A stretch of 64,000 bases of DNA, from assembly GCA_001661245.1 (NCBI GenBank), contig KV454011.1:348108-412107 (forward strand). Direction: 5' to 3'. Position numbers and translations under genes: made by a program. Of the stretch, positions 44,401 through 55,445 are shown piece by piece (position 1 is the first letter of the stretch; the number at the start of each line of letters is the position of its first letter). The DNA comes from Pachysolen tannophilus NRRL Y-2460. Its lineage: Eukaryota. The notes under the pieces are model-generated. The model did no database searches. It was given only the letters and a program-made list of their open reading frames with translations, and had not been told where the DNA came from.

Positions 44401-47400
44401 TAAACTATCAACAATTCTTTGATAATCCTGTGGATTCTATATTGGAGATGAATATGCATAATGAAAAGTTGTTCAAAAGACAGATTCGTTTTGTTAATTT
44501 ATTGTCTGATGTGATACATACTTTAAGGAATGGATTTTCCGATGTTTTAATTACATCTATAAAGCCGTTGCTATATTCTTTGATACTTTCTCAGTATTCA
44601 CTTAATAAGAAAGAGGAATTGACCAGTGCTAATCTCGAAAAGACAATTAGAAATGTAAGAACAATAGGAATGAGATGTTTGTCAGAATTGTTTGCAATAT
44701 TAGGCAAGACCAATTTTAGTTGGAAAGATTATATTTCAATAATATATGATAGGTTGATATTACCAAGATTCAATAACTTTACAGAAGAAAATTTACAACA
44801 ACCTTCTTCGTTGTTGAAGCTCATTATAAGCTGGTCCAATTTCACAAAGAATTTCGAGTTTTTATATCTTGATGATTTTAGACCTGCTAGAGAAATTTTA
44901 TCATTATTGTTAAATTCTAGCGCCAAGGAATCAGTATTATCGGAAGTTTTTGAATTTTGCTCAAACATTGTTCAATATACTTCGTTAGACGATAAATTTG
45001 TTGAGTTGGTTACTATCGTAGTGGAAACATGTTTATTAGCATTACCAGGTATTTTCAATCGTGATGTGAATAGTAAGGATGTGAACTCGAAAGCTATCAA
45101 TCTTTTGTTATCATTGGTGAACAATGGTTATATTCAAGATTTCCAAACTAAAAAAGCGTTGATTGACTCATTGACTTTTGCTTTTGACAAGCCGCAACAG
45201 CAAGTGGAAATGAAAGATAAAGCTAATATTTTGAAGTCCTTATCGTCATTGTTGAATGATTATGATTGCTCGTTGGATGAAATCTCACCATTATACAAAT
45301 CATTGTCAAAATATTTTAAAATTTATACTGAAAGCAAAATCAGACTAGAACTATCAAATGTCTTGGTTACTATCGGAGAGAAGTTCAGCTCTAGACTTAA
45401 TCATGTATCTACATTAGTATCAGATTTGAACTCCTTCTCCGAGAAAAGGCTAAATGAGCCTGATTTTAAAAGAAGATTAGATGCATTCAAAGAGATCAAC
45501 GAAATTAGCTATTTAGATTTTGATGAGTTACAATGGATACCGATTGTTTATAATTCCTTATTTTTTATCAACGATGAAATTGAACTTTCACTCAGAACTA
45601 ACGCGACTTATACTTTGTGCAGATTTATTGATTGTTTTTCTCTGAAAGATTCGGCTGAGGAAGCATCAAAATTCTTACATATATTGAAGGATGTCATTCT
45701 TCCACATCTACGTATTGGGTTGAGAACAGACAAGGAAATCATTCAGACCGAGTACATATCATTATTAGCCCACATAGTCAAAAATGCCAAATATTTTGAT
45801 GATTTTGCAGACATGAAATTTTTGTTATTCAATGGCGACGAGGAGGCTGATTTCTTTCTTAATATCAACCATATCCAGTTACATCGTCGTCAGAGAGCAG
45901 TAAGGAGATTGAAGGAAATCAGAATACATCTATCAGGAAATAGTATTTCGCACTATATATTGCCTATAATTGAGCATTATGCTTTTTCAGACATTGAGAA
46001 TCAAGTCAATATTAAAAATGAGACTGTGGAATGTATTGGTTCTTTACTAGTTTCTTTAAATTGGAAACAATTTAGAGCTGTTTTCAAAAGATACATTTCG
46101 TACTTGAACAAGCCAGAATTACTTAGGAACAGTGTTAATTTAGTTGTTACTGTGTCAGCGTCGTTTCTCAGTTGCTATCGCTCAAAAGAACAGGGGGGTA
46201 CAGAAGGTTTTATTGAACAGTTACCAAGCTCAAAAGAAGAAATCGATTCATATATTATGGGTGAATTAATGCCTCCAATAATGAAATCTTTAACCTTGAG
46301 AGATGATGAAACTACTGTTTACAGAATTCCGTTATCTGAGGCCTTGACATCGCTTGTGATTTGTCTCTCTGAAGAAAAGCGTTCTTCTGAATTGCCTGCT
46401 ATTTTGACTAGTGTGTGCCAGGTAATGCGGAGCAGATCTGAAGAATTACGTGATGCTGTTAGAAAAAATTTAGCAAGGATGTCTAAGACTTTGGGTTCTA
46501 AGTATTTCAAATTTATCCTTAAAGAATTGAAAACAGCCTTGAAGCGTGGCTCTCAAATTCACGTTTTAAGTTTCACTATCCATTACTTATTAGTCGTTAT
46601 GTCGGATTCTTTAAGTCATGGTGATTTAGACGAAAGTTCTGAATTACTAGCTGATATTATTATGGAGGATATCTTTGGGGCTGCAGGTCAGGAAAAAGAT
46701 GCTGAAGGTTACACAAGTAAGATGAAAGAAGTGAAACATAAAAAGAGTTTTGATACAGCTGAACTTTTATCAGCCAATATCTCTTTAGCTTCTTTTAATT
46801 GTTTGATCACGCCGGTTAAACTTTTATTACGTGAAAGAATTGCACTAAAGACCAGAAACAAGTTGGATGAGTTACTCAGAAGGTACTCGTTAGGCTTGAA
46901 TCGTAATGAAGAATCCTCTACTCGTGATATTTTATTATTATGTTATCAATTACACAATCAATCAAAGGAACTACTTGTAAAACCAGAATCCAAGAGCCAA
47001 ATCAGTGGCAATAAAAACGGATTTGACGTTTCTTCTGATCATTTCTTGGTTAAACTTTCATCGAAAACGACCGATGCTCATATGGAATACTCACTTTACA
47101 TGTATACTCTTCAAAAATTTACATTAGACTTGTTAAGAGTTGTTATTTCGAGAAATGAAACTTTATTCAATGTGGAGAGCTTACAGGGATTTGTCCCGTT
47201 ACTAGAAGAGAGTTTACGCGTTGAGGATGAGGGTGTAATGATATCATCTATTAAAGTATTGAATTTAATTATAAAATTACCATTTTCTGAAGACATCGAA
47301 AATACCTTCAAATCATGTGCCAGAAAAGCACTTAACGTCATTAAAGATAGCCCTTCTACTAATTCTGAGCTATGTCAAGCTTGTTTAAGATTTTTAGCTA

Positions 47401-49013
47401 CATTAATACGTCAGAAACAGAACATTACATTAAAGAGCACTGCGCTAAGTTACATACTACTTAAGATTCAACCCGATTTAGAGGAACCAAATAAACAAGG
47501 TTTAGCTTTCAACTTTTTGAAGTCTTTAATTTCGCAGCGCATCATGATTCCTGAGATATATGATACCATGGATAAGGTTTCGCATATAATGATCACTAAT
47601 CATAACAAGGAGATTCGTGATATGGCCAGAAGTGTTTACTTCCAATTTTTAATGGACTACGATCAAAGCAGAGGAAGACTAGAGAAACAGTTTAAATTTT
47701 TAGTCAATAATTTAGAGTATCCCGGCCAACAGGGTAGGCAATCTGTAATGGAATTGTTGCATTTAATTTTGGTCAAATCAAGTCAAGATTTATTAGTCAA
47801 ATTGTCAACGTCTTTTTTTGTTGCATTGACAATGGTTATGATCAGCGATGATTTAACTAGATGTAGGGAGATGGCTATAGCATTGATTTCTACAATGCTT
47901 AAAAAGCTAAAAGGAAATACAAATATCTCGGTTTTAGAGAATTATATTTTAGCATGGTTGAACCAATACAATAAAAACTCGTTATTGTTAAGATGTGGGC
48001 TACAATCGTACAAATTATATGTCGATGAAGTGGGCCTCGATGTTAATAAAGAACTCGATAATTTAGCAATGAAACGTGTTAGACAAATATTGGAACTTTC
48101 TAAAAACGATGAAATAAGAACGGAAGATGATATAGAATGGGAATTAATTTACTCGTCATTGACGTTATTTTCAACGATCGCTTCCAAGAAAGCTGATGAT
48201 TCAATTTTCCATGATAAATCTATTTGGGAAGTCATTTCTAATTGCTTGTTATATCCACATACTTGGATTAGATTGATTTCTTGTCGTCTTATCGGAAACT
48301 ATTTAACTAAGATTGATAATTTATCAAATGTTGAGGTCCAACAAATCGCGTATAGGTTGTTGAGACAATTGGGGGCCCCTTCAACTCCGGAAAGTTTAGG
48401 TGCTCAAGTTGTCAATAATTTAGCTGTTATAACTATGTATTGGGAGAAAAACAAGTCTCCTTATGAATTGTATAAAAAAGAAAATGATAAAGAGCTGCTC
48501 GACGAAGAAGATGAGGAAGTACCGAAATACAAATATGCTACAGAATGGGCTGCAGTGAGGGTCAGTGTTATTTTAAGAAAAGAGTCTAACCCAAAAGAAT
48601 CCTTGGTAACTAAAAAATGCTGTATACAGTACATTGCAATATTGATTCGGGTGCTTTCTGTTGATGAGTTGGTGAAGGTAGCTGAGAATTTGATACTTCC
48701 TTTATACAATTTCCAGGATTCAAATCACGAAGATATCGAGGAATTAAAGAATTTATCCTTGGAGGCATTGTCTATGATGGAAAAAAAGATTGGCATTTCT
48801 GAATACACAAAGAGGTTTTCAAATGTTAGACAATTTGTTTTGAAAAGAAGACAAGAAAGAAAAACCAAAAGATCACAGATGGCTGTTACCGCTCCTGATA
48901 TCAGTTCTAGGAGAAAGATTAAAAAGCATGAAAGGTTTAGAGAAAAAAGAAAGCATACAAAGGATGAAAATGGATATTACAAACATAAAAAAAAGAAAAC
49001 TGAAAGACGATAA
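41445..49013 (+). CDS. UTP20: SSU processome HEAT-repeat protein Utp20
   Basis: 2522 aa; SFRERIDAIKI, HIQLHRRQRA, LKRGSQIHVLSFT, MKEVK; basic C-terminus. Confidence 0.96.
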   Translation: MGKQKKTTNSGRRFVYSSFRERIDAIKINKPLSRKSNNGGSAREVEISNFYNSYEHWKEINVTSSFVEFIDKNEGLFQTLAQLIYHKDKIFNDLIFYLTKEKNVELTYQPLLDLLSQFVHDLGEDFYVDYYQKTINVLIELSIIHFENSNILEWIFNCMSFIFKFTASILCENLVETFELLLPLLKMKNAKSHLQRFSSESLSFLIRKIPTKSLKNFMEKSFEIYDTKENGELGNALVIIYSESIKSVSNTLHSKSPVILANLVEFATESSIRKNTVVCEILLNIINYASPESLTEIYELVLNILSNRIDNGGNKFLISKNLISLVFSQSGKKITNWNLILQVTEKLMESSEDCDNELHKSITYLLVLIMRNCDLQELTKFHVKIFKYVLSSRNGDLFLPFIDSGLMMVRDRTILFGNKYLQDFIKNNFTTQRVKLAYFLTKWDNDSKSSGSDKNFDIVIPYELNQTIKLELAEIKDISDTNALKEIYWRLLILKNSEQLENSDDLINILRNILVGKTISEFGQDVVGLLLQVLSDQTFDSKTIVFKDLIAKNFSKFHKSSYFLKGLQLFLEKMDDHLFFEKNRNFFQNEFLLEVAENLSLPSHEIRYLSLSIILTTLNRLSIEISPLISQCHLIEDIPLTLENGRDIQLRVRNLSLEYQKSSIDNLVSNVVPRYLIGLLSAKFSPAWQASNEAIKNISGKSSDIIWKLCHDLLINDYSSNQETESYTSEEDMNFDIDYDEWLIFDYRLKDNFSAVYKIFSDYSNVDLSVVDYMKNERAKFDYSETMRSQIIKLLINIPDVAERNAEALVPLMLHEASTDDEGDEEVDVEPSSTNWSLKDRNLLLELFQEFKNLNNIYRSSDVYNHLLVLLSNRSSHVQRLSLNCILKYKNKHVFKYRDNLLNLLDDNLFRDEVTKFVTQDSEINQIEAEDVEFIMPLVLRILYGRAQTVRAGGVKQGRRFAVFNILPNLKNEHIIEFLKLGSSMINYQQFFDNPVDSILEMNMHNEKLFKRQIRFVNLLSDVIHTLRNGFSDVLITSIKPLLYSLILSQYSLNKKEELTSANLEKTIRNVRTIGMRCLSELFAILGKTNFSWKDYISIIYDRLILPRFNNFTEENLQQPSSLLKLIISWSNFTKNFEFLYLDDFRPAREILSLLLNSSAKESVLSEVFEFCSNIVQYTSLDDKFVELVTIVVETCLLALPGIFNRDVNSKDVNSKAINLLLSLVNNGYIQDFQTKKALIDSLTFAFDKPQQQVEMKDKANILKSLSSLLNDYDCSLDEISPLYKSLSKYFKIYTESKIRLELSNVLVTIGEKFSSRLNHVSTLVSDLNSFSEKRLNEPDFKRRLDAFKEINEISYLDFDELQWIPIVYNSLFFINDEIELSLRTNATYTLCRFIDCFSLKDSAEEASKFLHILKDVILPHLRIGLRTDKEIIQTEYISLLAHIVKNAKYFDDFADMKFLLFNGDEEADFFLNINHIQLHRRQRAVRRLKEIRIHLSGNSISHYILPIIEHYAFSDIENQVNIKNETVECIGSLLVSLNWKQFRAVFKRYISYLNKPELLRNSVNLVVTVSASFLSCYRSKEQGGTEGFIEQLPSSKEEIDSYIMGELMPPIMKSLTLRDDETTVYRIPLSEALTSLVICLSEEKRSSELPAILTSVCQVMRSRSEELRDAVRKNLARMSKTLGSKYFKFILKELKTALKRGSQIHVLSFTIHYLLVVMSDSLSHGDLDESSELLADIIMEDIFGAAGQEKDAEGYTSKMKEVKHKKSFDTAELLSANISLASFNCLITPVKLLLRERIALKTRNKLDELLRRYSLGLNRNEESSTRDILLLCYQLHNQSKELLVKPESKSQISGNKNGFDVSSDHFLVKLSSKTTDAHMEYSLYMYTLQKFTLDLLRVVISRNETLFNVESLQGFVPLLEESLRVEDEGVMISSIKVLNLIIKLPFSEDIENTFKSCARKALNVIKDSPSTNSELCQACLRFLATLIRQKQNITLKSTALSYILLKIQPDLEEPNKQGLAFNFLKSLISQRIMIPEIYDTMDKVSHIMITNHNKEIRDMARSVYFQFLMDYDQSRGRLEKQFKFLVNNLEYPGQQGRQSVMELLHLILVKSSQDLLVKLSTSFFVALTMVMISDDLTRCREMAIALISTMLKKLKGNTNISVLENYILAWLNQYNKNSLLLRCGLQSYKLYVDEVGLDVNKELDNLAMKRVRQILELSKNDEIRTEDDIEWELIYSSLTLFSTIASKKADDSIFHDKSIWEVISNCLLYPHTWIRLISCRLIGNYLTKIDNLSNVEVQQIAYRLLRQLGAPSTPESLGAQVVNNLAVITMYWEKNKSPYELYKKENDKELLDEEDEEVPKYKYATEWAAVRVSVILRKESNPKESLVTKKCCIQYIAILIRVLSVDELVKVAENLILPLYNFQDSNHEDIEELKNLSLEALSMMEKKIGISEYTKRFSNVRQFVLKRRQERKTKRSQMAVTAPDISSRRKIKKHERFREKRKHTKDENGYYKHKKKKTERR

Positions 49014-49199
49014 ATAGATTTGCATATTTTTAATAAAAATTATATATTTTGTATTGATTGACTAGTTTCTGTAGAGTTAACTAAATGAAGTTTTCATTAA
49101 ATCTAATTATTGTATCAATTTATTCATATTTTTTTTTCTTTGCTTTCCGTAATTTATATAAAGTACAAAATAGACATTAGTACAGCTAAAAATAAAAAA

Positions 49200-49239
<40 letters not shown>

Positions 49240-49315
49240 AAAAATGAAAGACAATTCATTTTCAGCAATCAAAGATTCATTTCACCAGATATATTTGTTG
49301 TATACTTATTATTCC

Positions 49316-50641
49316 CTATTGAGGATTTTCTGATTCAGAATCTACATCGCCGTCTTCTTCCTCTTCTTCTTCACCGTTCTCTTCAGCATCTTCATCTTCT
49401 TCGGCCTCATCTTCACCTTCATCCTGACCCAGTTCTATATTTTTGGATTGGTCAATTATTTGTGGTTTTCCCGACTCTTCATCTTCATTTTGTACAACTT
49501 CTGTTTCTTTGTCCATTGGTGCCGAGGTAGTATTCTCTTCTTTCACTTCTTGTTCTTTTGGCAACGTTAAAGCAGTCTTATGCTCTAGTTTTTCGCCATT
49601 GGTTGTTTTATTTGTATCTGTTGCAGTAGTTGCAGAAGTTTTTTGTTTCTTTACGGTTACTTTTTCATCATCATTATTCGCTTCCAGATTTTCATGATCT
49701 ACCTGATCTTCTTTAACACCAGCTTCATCTTCATGTACAGTAGGTGTATTTGCAACTGTAGCAGCATTCTCTTCTTCTTTCTTCTTTTCATACTCTCCCA
49801 TTTCTCTTTGATACCTTAATTTATCATCTTCATATTGTTTATAGTAAGGTTTTCTTCCTTCATCGTCTAAATTTTTCCAGGATTCAGTGAGATATTTGGC
49901 TAAATCTGCAACCTTGACATAATTTGGATCTTCCAGTGCTTGTTTCTTAATTCTTTCCTTCTCTGTCTCGCAGAATAAAAGGTATGCATTCGTAGGACGC
50001 TTTGGTAAATTTGGATCTCTAATTTTTTGAGGTTTCTTTGCAGTATGACCACCGGCCCCGCCGCCTCCACGTTTTCCCTTTTTACCGCCGCCGCCTCCGC
50101 CCGCGTGATGAGAAGACAGCGAAAGTTGATTCAGTGTAGTTGATACCTGAGGTAATGGTCTTGATTGTAACGATGAAGATAAACGAGATATTGAAGCTTG
50201 TAGCAATTGATTAACATCATCTGATAAATCTTGCTCTGATGGGCTTTGAGGTAATCGATGATTATTACTATGATTATTTTCACTATTATTACCCAACTGA
50301 TATTCTTCTAAAGCAATTGATTTCTTCTCTAAAAGTTCTAATAACAAAACATATTCTAACCTAAGACGTGATGTAGCACTTCTATTTCTCAGCACAGCCA
50401 AAGAAAGAATTTCAGAATTATCTTCAATCTCTTTAACTCTTCTTTGTAAATCTATACATTTTTGTCTTAATTTTTGTTCTTCAGAAGAATCAGCCAACAT
50501 TTGAGAAGCACTAACTCCTGTATTACTATTAGGATTCACATTGGCAACAATACTTGATGAAACATTATTATTACTATTACCAGTAGAGTTACTATTAGAA
50601 CTCGTGGTACCAACATCTATATTTGTATGTAGATCCTCCAT
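49316..50641 (-). CDS. NHP10: INO80 subunit Nhp10 (coiled coil + HMG box + acidic tail)
   Basis: KCIDLQRRVKEIE...RLRLEYVLLLE; RDPNLPKRPTNAYLLFC HMG box. Likely ATG at 50641. Confidence 0.88.
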   Translation of the reverse strand: MEDLHTNIDVGTTSSNSNSTGNSNNNVSSSIVANVNPNSNTGVSASQMLADSSEEQKLRQKCIDLQRRVKEIEDNSEILSLAVLRNRSATSRLRLEYVLLLELLEKKSIALEEYQLGNNSENNHSNNHRLPQSPSEQDLSDDVNQLLQASISRLSSSLQSRPLPQVSTTLNQLSLSSHHAGGGGGGKKGKRGGGGAGGHTAKKPQKIRDPNLPKRPTNAYLLFCETEKERIKKQALEDPNYVKVADLAKYLTESWKNLDDEGRKPYYKQYEDDKLRYQREMGEYEKKKEEENAATVANTPTVHEDEAGVKEDQVDHENLEANNDDEKVTVKKQKTSATTATDTNKTTNGEKLEHKTALTLPKEQEVKEENTTSAPMDKETEVVQNEDEESGKPQIIDQSKNIELGQDEGEDEAEEDEDAEENGEEEEEEDGDVDSESENPQ

Positions 50642-51266
50642 ACTATTTGCAATTAGCACTCAATATATATAAGTTGCAATTATTGATTTAAATATTATTA
50701 TTAATAATAATATATTTATAATTATATATATATATATTAATATAAATTTTTTGAATTATAATATGAGAACTTTACCTCCAAGGTTTTATTGGAAAATTTT
50801 GTTGGTTGTTTTACTCTCTTTCAACTCCACTGATTAATTTTCGTTCAATTTCCGTATTTTAAATGTTTTTTTTTTTTAAAAAAAAAAGAATTTTTTTTTT
50901 CAACACATTTTTTAAGTGTTGATTTATGTTATTATTGAGAGACTACAGTTTGCCGTTTTTGAAAAAAATAATTAAACGAAAAACACTTATATTTAAATTT
51001 CAAATTGATACCACCAGCCGCTTCTCCAGTTGTGAAATAACCTATTCCAACTGATATTCGAAAAAAACCCTGTTACTACCTGTAATAAAGATAAAAAAAA
51101 AAATAAAAAAAAAAAAAATGAAAGAAAAATGAAGGAAAAAACAGCTCTCATGAAACATATAACCAAAATACAAATTTCAAATAACAATAATCTTAAAATA
51201 AAAAAAATAAAAATTGCAAATTAAAAAAAAAAAAAAAAAGAAAAATTCAATTAAACATGAATTTCA

Positions 51267-54044
51267 TTATGAATCACTACCGGTATATTCACTTGAAGAT
51301 AAAACTTCATAATCTTCTTCTTCCAAGATATCTTCATTAGGAAGATCATCTTCGCTTTCAGAAACATCAACTTCTGTCATGCTACTACATTCTTCTTCTT
51401 TCTTGAATTCGCTATCATCAAAGTCCTCCATTTTATTTTCAGTTAGACTCAGGCCAACATCTACAAATTCAGGTTCAGTCGATAATTTGTTAGCAATATC
51501 ATCATTACTAGCAGTTTCTGATGCTGAGATAAAATCTGTAGAGACACTACTAGAGACATCCTCTTTATGATCAACTAAATGGGGTTCCTTTACTAACGAA
51601 GCCGTTGATCCACTGGTAGAAGATTCACGTGGCAATTTAGGCAAGACCATGGTTGAACTTAGTGATGATGAGAGACTTGATGGAGGAGTTGTCGTGGTGC
51701 CAGCACTTACGGCAACTGAATTTGATATTAAATCATCTCGATCTGCCTCTTGTATCTCATCAGTTGTTTCTTTTCTTTGATTAAAAGCAAATCCAAATTT
51801 TCTTAAAATATCTTCAGATTTGTTATAAGTTTCTTCAAAATTATCGCATAATTTTAATTTGAAATTAACTGATCCAGTGTCTTCCTTAAATGAGAAACTG
51901 TCATAAAATATTTTTTCTGATGTATTCAAAAAATTAACTTCAAGAATTTTTAATAATCTATCGTCAAGATTTGATGATTTGAAATAATCATTTAAATTAA
52001 CAGAAATATCTTTATTCTTCAAAGATTCCAAAGGATGTGAACCAATATTGACATTAATAACCCTACCATTAGAAAATGTTAATAAAAGTGTTGAATTTGA
52101 AGGGATAACATCTTTGGTGTTGTTGAAAAAAGTTAATCTAATCAAATTATCTCTTCTATCCAATTTTTTCAAATAAACATAGCCATCAGTGGTATCTTCT
52201 GCTTCAGATTCTAATTGATCATCAACATCGCTTGTATGACCTTCATCTTGTTGTATTTCTTCAACAACTTTATTTTCTGGTTTTTCCAAGTTGGATTCTA
52301 AATCTAAAACATTATTTTCCTTTGCAATAGGATCAGAAACAGGAGTGTTTGTACTTTCAACTGGGCCATCAAAATTGATTCCATAATTCATAACATAAAA
52401 TTTGTAAATATCCATAATCTCCTCATCTACAAAAGATTCTTTAATTTTTTTCTTGAAAAATTCAATCAATTCATCGTATTTTTCAGCTTTAAATTTCAAA
52501 TCCATGATTGAGTTACCACCTAATTGCGAACCAAATAGTTTATCCAACATTTCAGTTGATAAATTCTCCAAGGTTATAAACATATCAGATTGTGGAATAC
52601 CATGTTTAGAAATAAACTTATCAATATCTTCCAACGAAGTAGTGTTGGTCTTGAAACTATTCTTGCATAATAAATTCTTTGTCTCTTTTGATAAAGGTTC
52701 TTGAATTTTCAATAATGGATGGCTTGAGTCATGGTTTAAACTTCCACGTTTATTTTGCTCACAATTTTCACACAAGTCATAGTCATCACAGATTGCACAC
52801 TTATACCTAATACCACGAATTGGACTTGGGTTGGATCCCAATTGACAAACATCACAAAAGACACCATGATGAATTGGTTTTGGTGGATGAATTGCCTTTA
52901 ATAAATACTTGCAATCTCCCGGATATTCGCAAGCAATGAAATTATGGGTTTTCTTATGAAGACCTTGATCACAATTATTTTTAGATTTGCAATTTTCACA
53001 TAAATCGAAATTTGGACAATCTAAGCACTTGTAACGAGTACCTTTAATAGGACCTGTTTCACAAATATCACAAATGACGTTAAGATGAACAGGTTTATGT
53101 TGTGATTCTGTAGAAACAATCTTATCGATATGGGTATAATGTGGTAACGAAGAAGAAGAGTCTTTTGAAACTGTATGATTATGAGTTTTTTTATCTTTTG
53201 TATTTAATTTTTCAAAAACTTTCCCAGCAATTTCATCACTTAAACGATCAACATTAAGAAATAACTTTACCAATGCATCAGCGTCAAGCTTATTAGTATC
53301 ATCATTATCAGAAGAAGAAACGTTTTCTTCTTTTTTATTGATCTTTGAATTTTGATTAATTGATTCTTGAATATTTAAATTATTAAACTTGATTAATTCT
53401 TCAAATTTACCAATCAAATTGGTAATTTGTTGTCTCTTAGAATCAACAGTTGAAGCAAAAGTAGAAGTAACAGAAACTGGCAATTGATATTGAATTTCAG
53501 CCTCAGTCTCAGCTTTATTTTTAACCTTTTCCTTATCCTTAGCTTTAGCCTTATCCTTAGCTACATCATCATCATCATCATTTCCAGTTAGAACTGTAGT
53601 ATCAATAGAAGAACCAGTAGCGCTTGGAGTTACCGATAAAGTATTAATTTTTGTAATGACAATCTTGATTGAATTTCTAACGCCCAATGATCTTTTCAAA
53701 CATTGATAATCTTTTTGAGTACATAAAGGAACCAACGATTTTTGCTTGTTTGATTTCCTCTCAAGCGAAATCTCATCATCTTGATTTAATTTAAAAGCAT
53801 TCTTTAAAATCCTTTCAAAATCTTCCTTGTTCACAATTTTATCCATTGAATTAATTGCAATTACTTTTCTAATGTTATCGCCATTATTATTATTATAACT
53901 AATATTGTTATTATTATTATTATTGTTGTTGTTGTTGTTACCATTATTATTACCGTTAATTAGAGTTGCTTTAACAATATAGTTATTAGCGTTATTGACT
54001 CTAACGGAGTCACCTTCCAGAGACAACTCAACTAATGAAGACAT
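51267..54044 (-). CDS. Nbr1/Atg19-like selective autophagy receptor (PB1-like, 2 ZZ zinc fingers, Ig-like domain, C-terminal AIM)
   Basis: [26 protein letters not shown] and CDVC...[22 protein letters not shown] fingers; [10 protein letters not shown]; acidic tail EEEDYEVL. Likely ATG at 54044. Confidence 0.8.
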   Translation of the reverse strand: MSSLVELSLEGDSVRVNNANNYIVKATLINGNNNGNNNNNNNNNNNNISYNNNNGDNIRKVIAINSMDKIVNKEDFERILKNAFKLNQDDEISLERKSNKQKSLVPLCTQKDYQCLKRSLGVRNSIKIVITKINTLSVTPSATGSSIDTTVLTGNDDDDDVAKDKAKAKDKEKVKNKAETEAEIQYQLPVSVTSTFASTVDSKRQQITNLIGKFEELIKFNNLNIQESINQNSKINKKEENVSSSDNDDTNKLDADALVKLFLNVDRLSDEIAGKVFEKLNTKDKKTHNHTVSKDSSSSLPHYTHIDKIVSTESQHKPVHLNVICDICETGPIKGTRYKCLDCPNFDLCENCKSKNNCDQGLHKKTHNFIACEYPGDCKYLLKAIHPPKPIHHGVFCDVCQLGSNPSPIRGIRYKCAICDDYDLCENCEQNKRGSLNHDSSHPLLKIQEPLSKETKNLLCKNSFKTNTTSLEDIDKFISKHGIPQSDMFITLENLSTEMLDKLFGSQLGGNSIMDLKFKAEKYDELIEFFKKKIKESFVDEEIMDIYKFYVMNYGINFDGPVESTNTPVSDPIAKENNVLDLESNLEKPENKVVEEIQQDEGHTSDVDDQLESEAEDTTDGYVYLKKLDRRDNLIRLTFFNNTKDVIPSNSTLLLTFSNGRVINVNIGSHPLESLKNKDISVNLNDYFKSSNLDDRLLKILEVNFLNTSEKIFYDSFSFKEDTGSVNFKLKLCDNFEETYNKSEDILRKFGFAFNQRKETTDEIQEADRDDLISNSVAVSAGTTTTPPSSLSSSLSSTMVLPKLPRESSTSGSTASLVKEPHLVDHKEDVSSSVSTDFISASETASNDDIANKLSTEPEFVDVGLSLTENKMEDFDDSEFKKEEECSSMTEVDVSESEDDLPNEDILEEEDYEVLSSSEYTGSDS

Positions 54045-54477
54045 CAATGAATAAAACAATCTTTAAAGATACAAATCTGATTGATTGATTGATTGATTGA
54101 TCGATTATCACCCAGAAGATGGATCTTTGAATTTGAAATATATGAAAATTGATTACAAGTGGCAAACCCGTCAAAAAGGTTTTATATGAAATGAATTAAT
54201 GCAAATTGCCGCCGATAAAGATTTACAAAAGGTAAAAAAAAAAAAAAAAAAAAAAAAAATGAATGGCGCATTTCCTCTTTGGAGAAGCGGAAGGAGAAAT
54301 TGTCAACCAAAAAAAAACAAACACACACACACACACACACACATTCACACAAAACGGAGAAGTTTTCTTTTGAAAACGGAAACGTACAAGTTAAAAATAA
54401 GTACTAGAAGTAGTAGTAGCAAAACAAAGAAAATTGTATTTATAAATCTATATTCAGTTCACAATTTACAATTCATA

Positions 54478-55085
54478 ATGACTATAGATATAAAGTATCC
54501 TAAGATTGTTGTATTTGATTTAGATTACACATTATGGCGTGAGTAATAACCTAAGGAAAAAGAAAGAAAGAAAGAAAATGTATACTAATTTTTTAAAATT
54601 TTATATTATTAGCCTGTTGGTGTGATACACATATTTCCAAACCAATAAAATCATTAAACCCATCTACAATTATTGATAGTAATCATTTTAAAATATCTTT
54701 TTATAAAGATGTGCCCAAAATTTTGCACGAATTAAATTCAGCAGGAGTTATAATCGCAACAGCAAGTCGAACTTGTGACCCACAAATTGCTAAAAAAATG
54801 TTAAAACTATTAAAATTAAAAAATGGAGATGGAGATGGAGATGATTTGATTTCAGCATATGATATAATTGATCATATGGAATGGGGAACTTTTTCCAAGA
54901 TAAATCACTTGAAAAAAATTGCATCAAGATTTAAAGTTGATTACCGAGAAATGGTATTATTTGATGATGAGTTACGTAATAAAGACGTGGAATCCAAACT
55001 AGGAGTAAAATTTATCCATATACTGGATGAATCTATAGGCTTGACCTATGACGTTTTCCTCAGAGGCTTGAAAAACAGAGACTAA
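54478..55085 (+). CDS. MDP1: Magnesium-dependent phosphatase 1 (HAD family, Yer134c-like); exon 1 54478-54538, intron 54539-54612, exon 2 54613-55085
   Basis: The intron GTGAGT...TACTAAT...TAG restores VFDLDYTLWPCWCDTH; ASRT, K..H, LFDDE.RN motifs. Confidence 0.92.
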
Positions 55086-55445
55086 AAAAAAAAAAAGTGT
55101 CAGTCAGCCAAAAAGAGTCAGTTAAAAAGGTCAGCCAAAAAGGGCGGACAAACCAGGTAAAAGTCGGCGATATATCCGCAGCAAGCACCTGAAACGACAC
55201 ATTCAATTTTATTTTGTTCCGTTTAGCACGACCTGCGTTTTTTCTTTTTTTTTCTTTAGAGTTTTCTGGTAAATTGCGTGATTAACTAAGCCTTGTTTAA
55301 AAATTAGTTTAAAAATTATATATATGTCTCTGGTTATATGTTTTTAATCTAATAAAAAAAATTTTTATCTTTTTTTTTTTTTTTTTTTTTTCTCTTTTTC
55401 TTTTTTATTGTAATGATATTAGTGATATATTAAACAATAGTCAAG

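Noticed and set aside
4668..54044. Apparent clustering of vacuolar-trafficking genes (MON1, VPS27, VPS16, Nbr1-like) and of ribosome-biogenesis genes
   Set aside because: Interspersed with unrelated housekeeping genes over tens of kb; consistent with chance.
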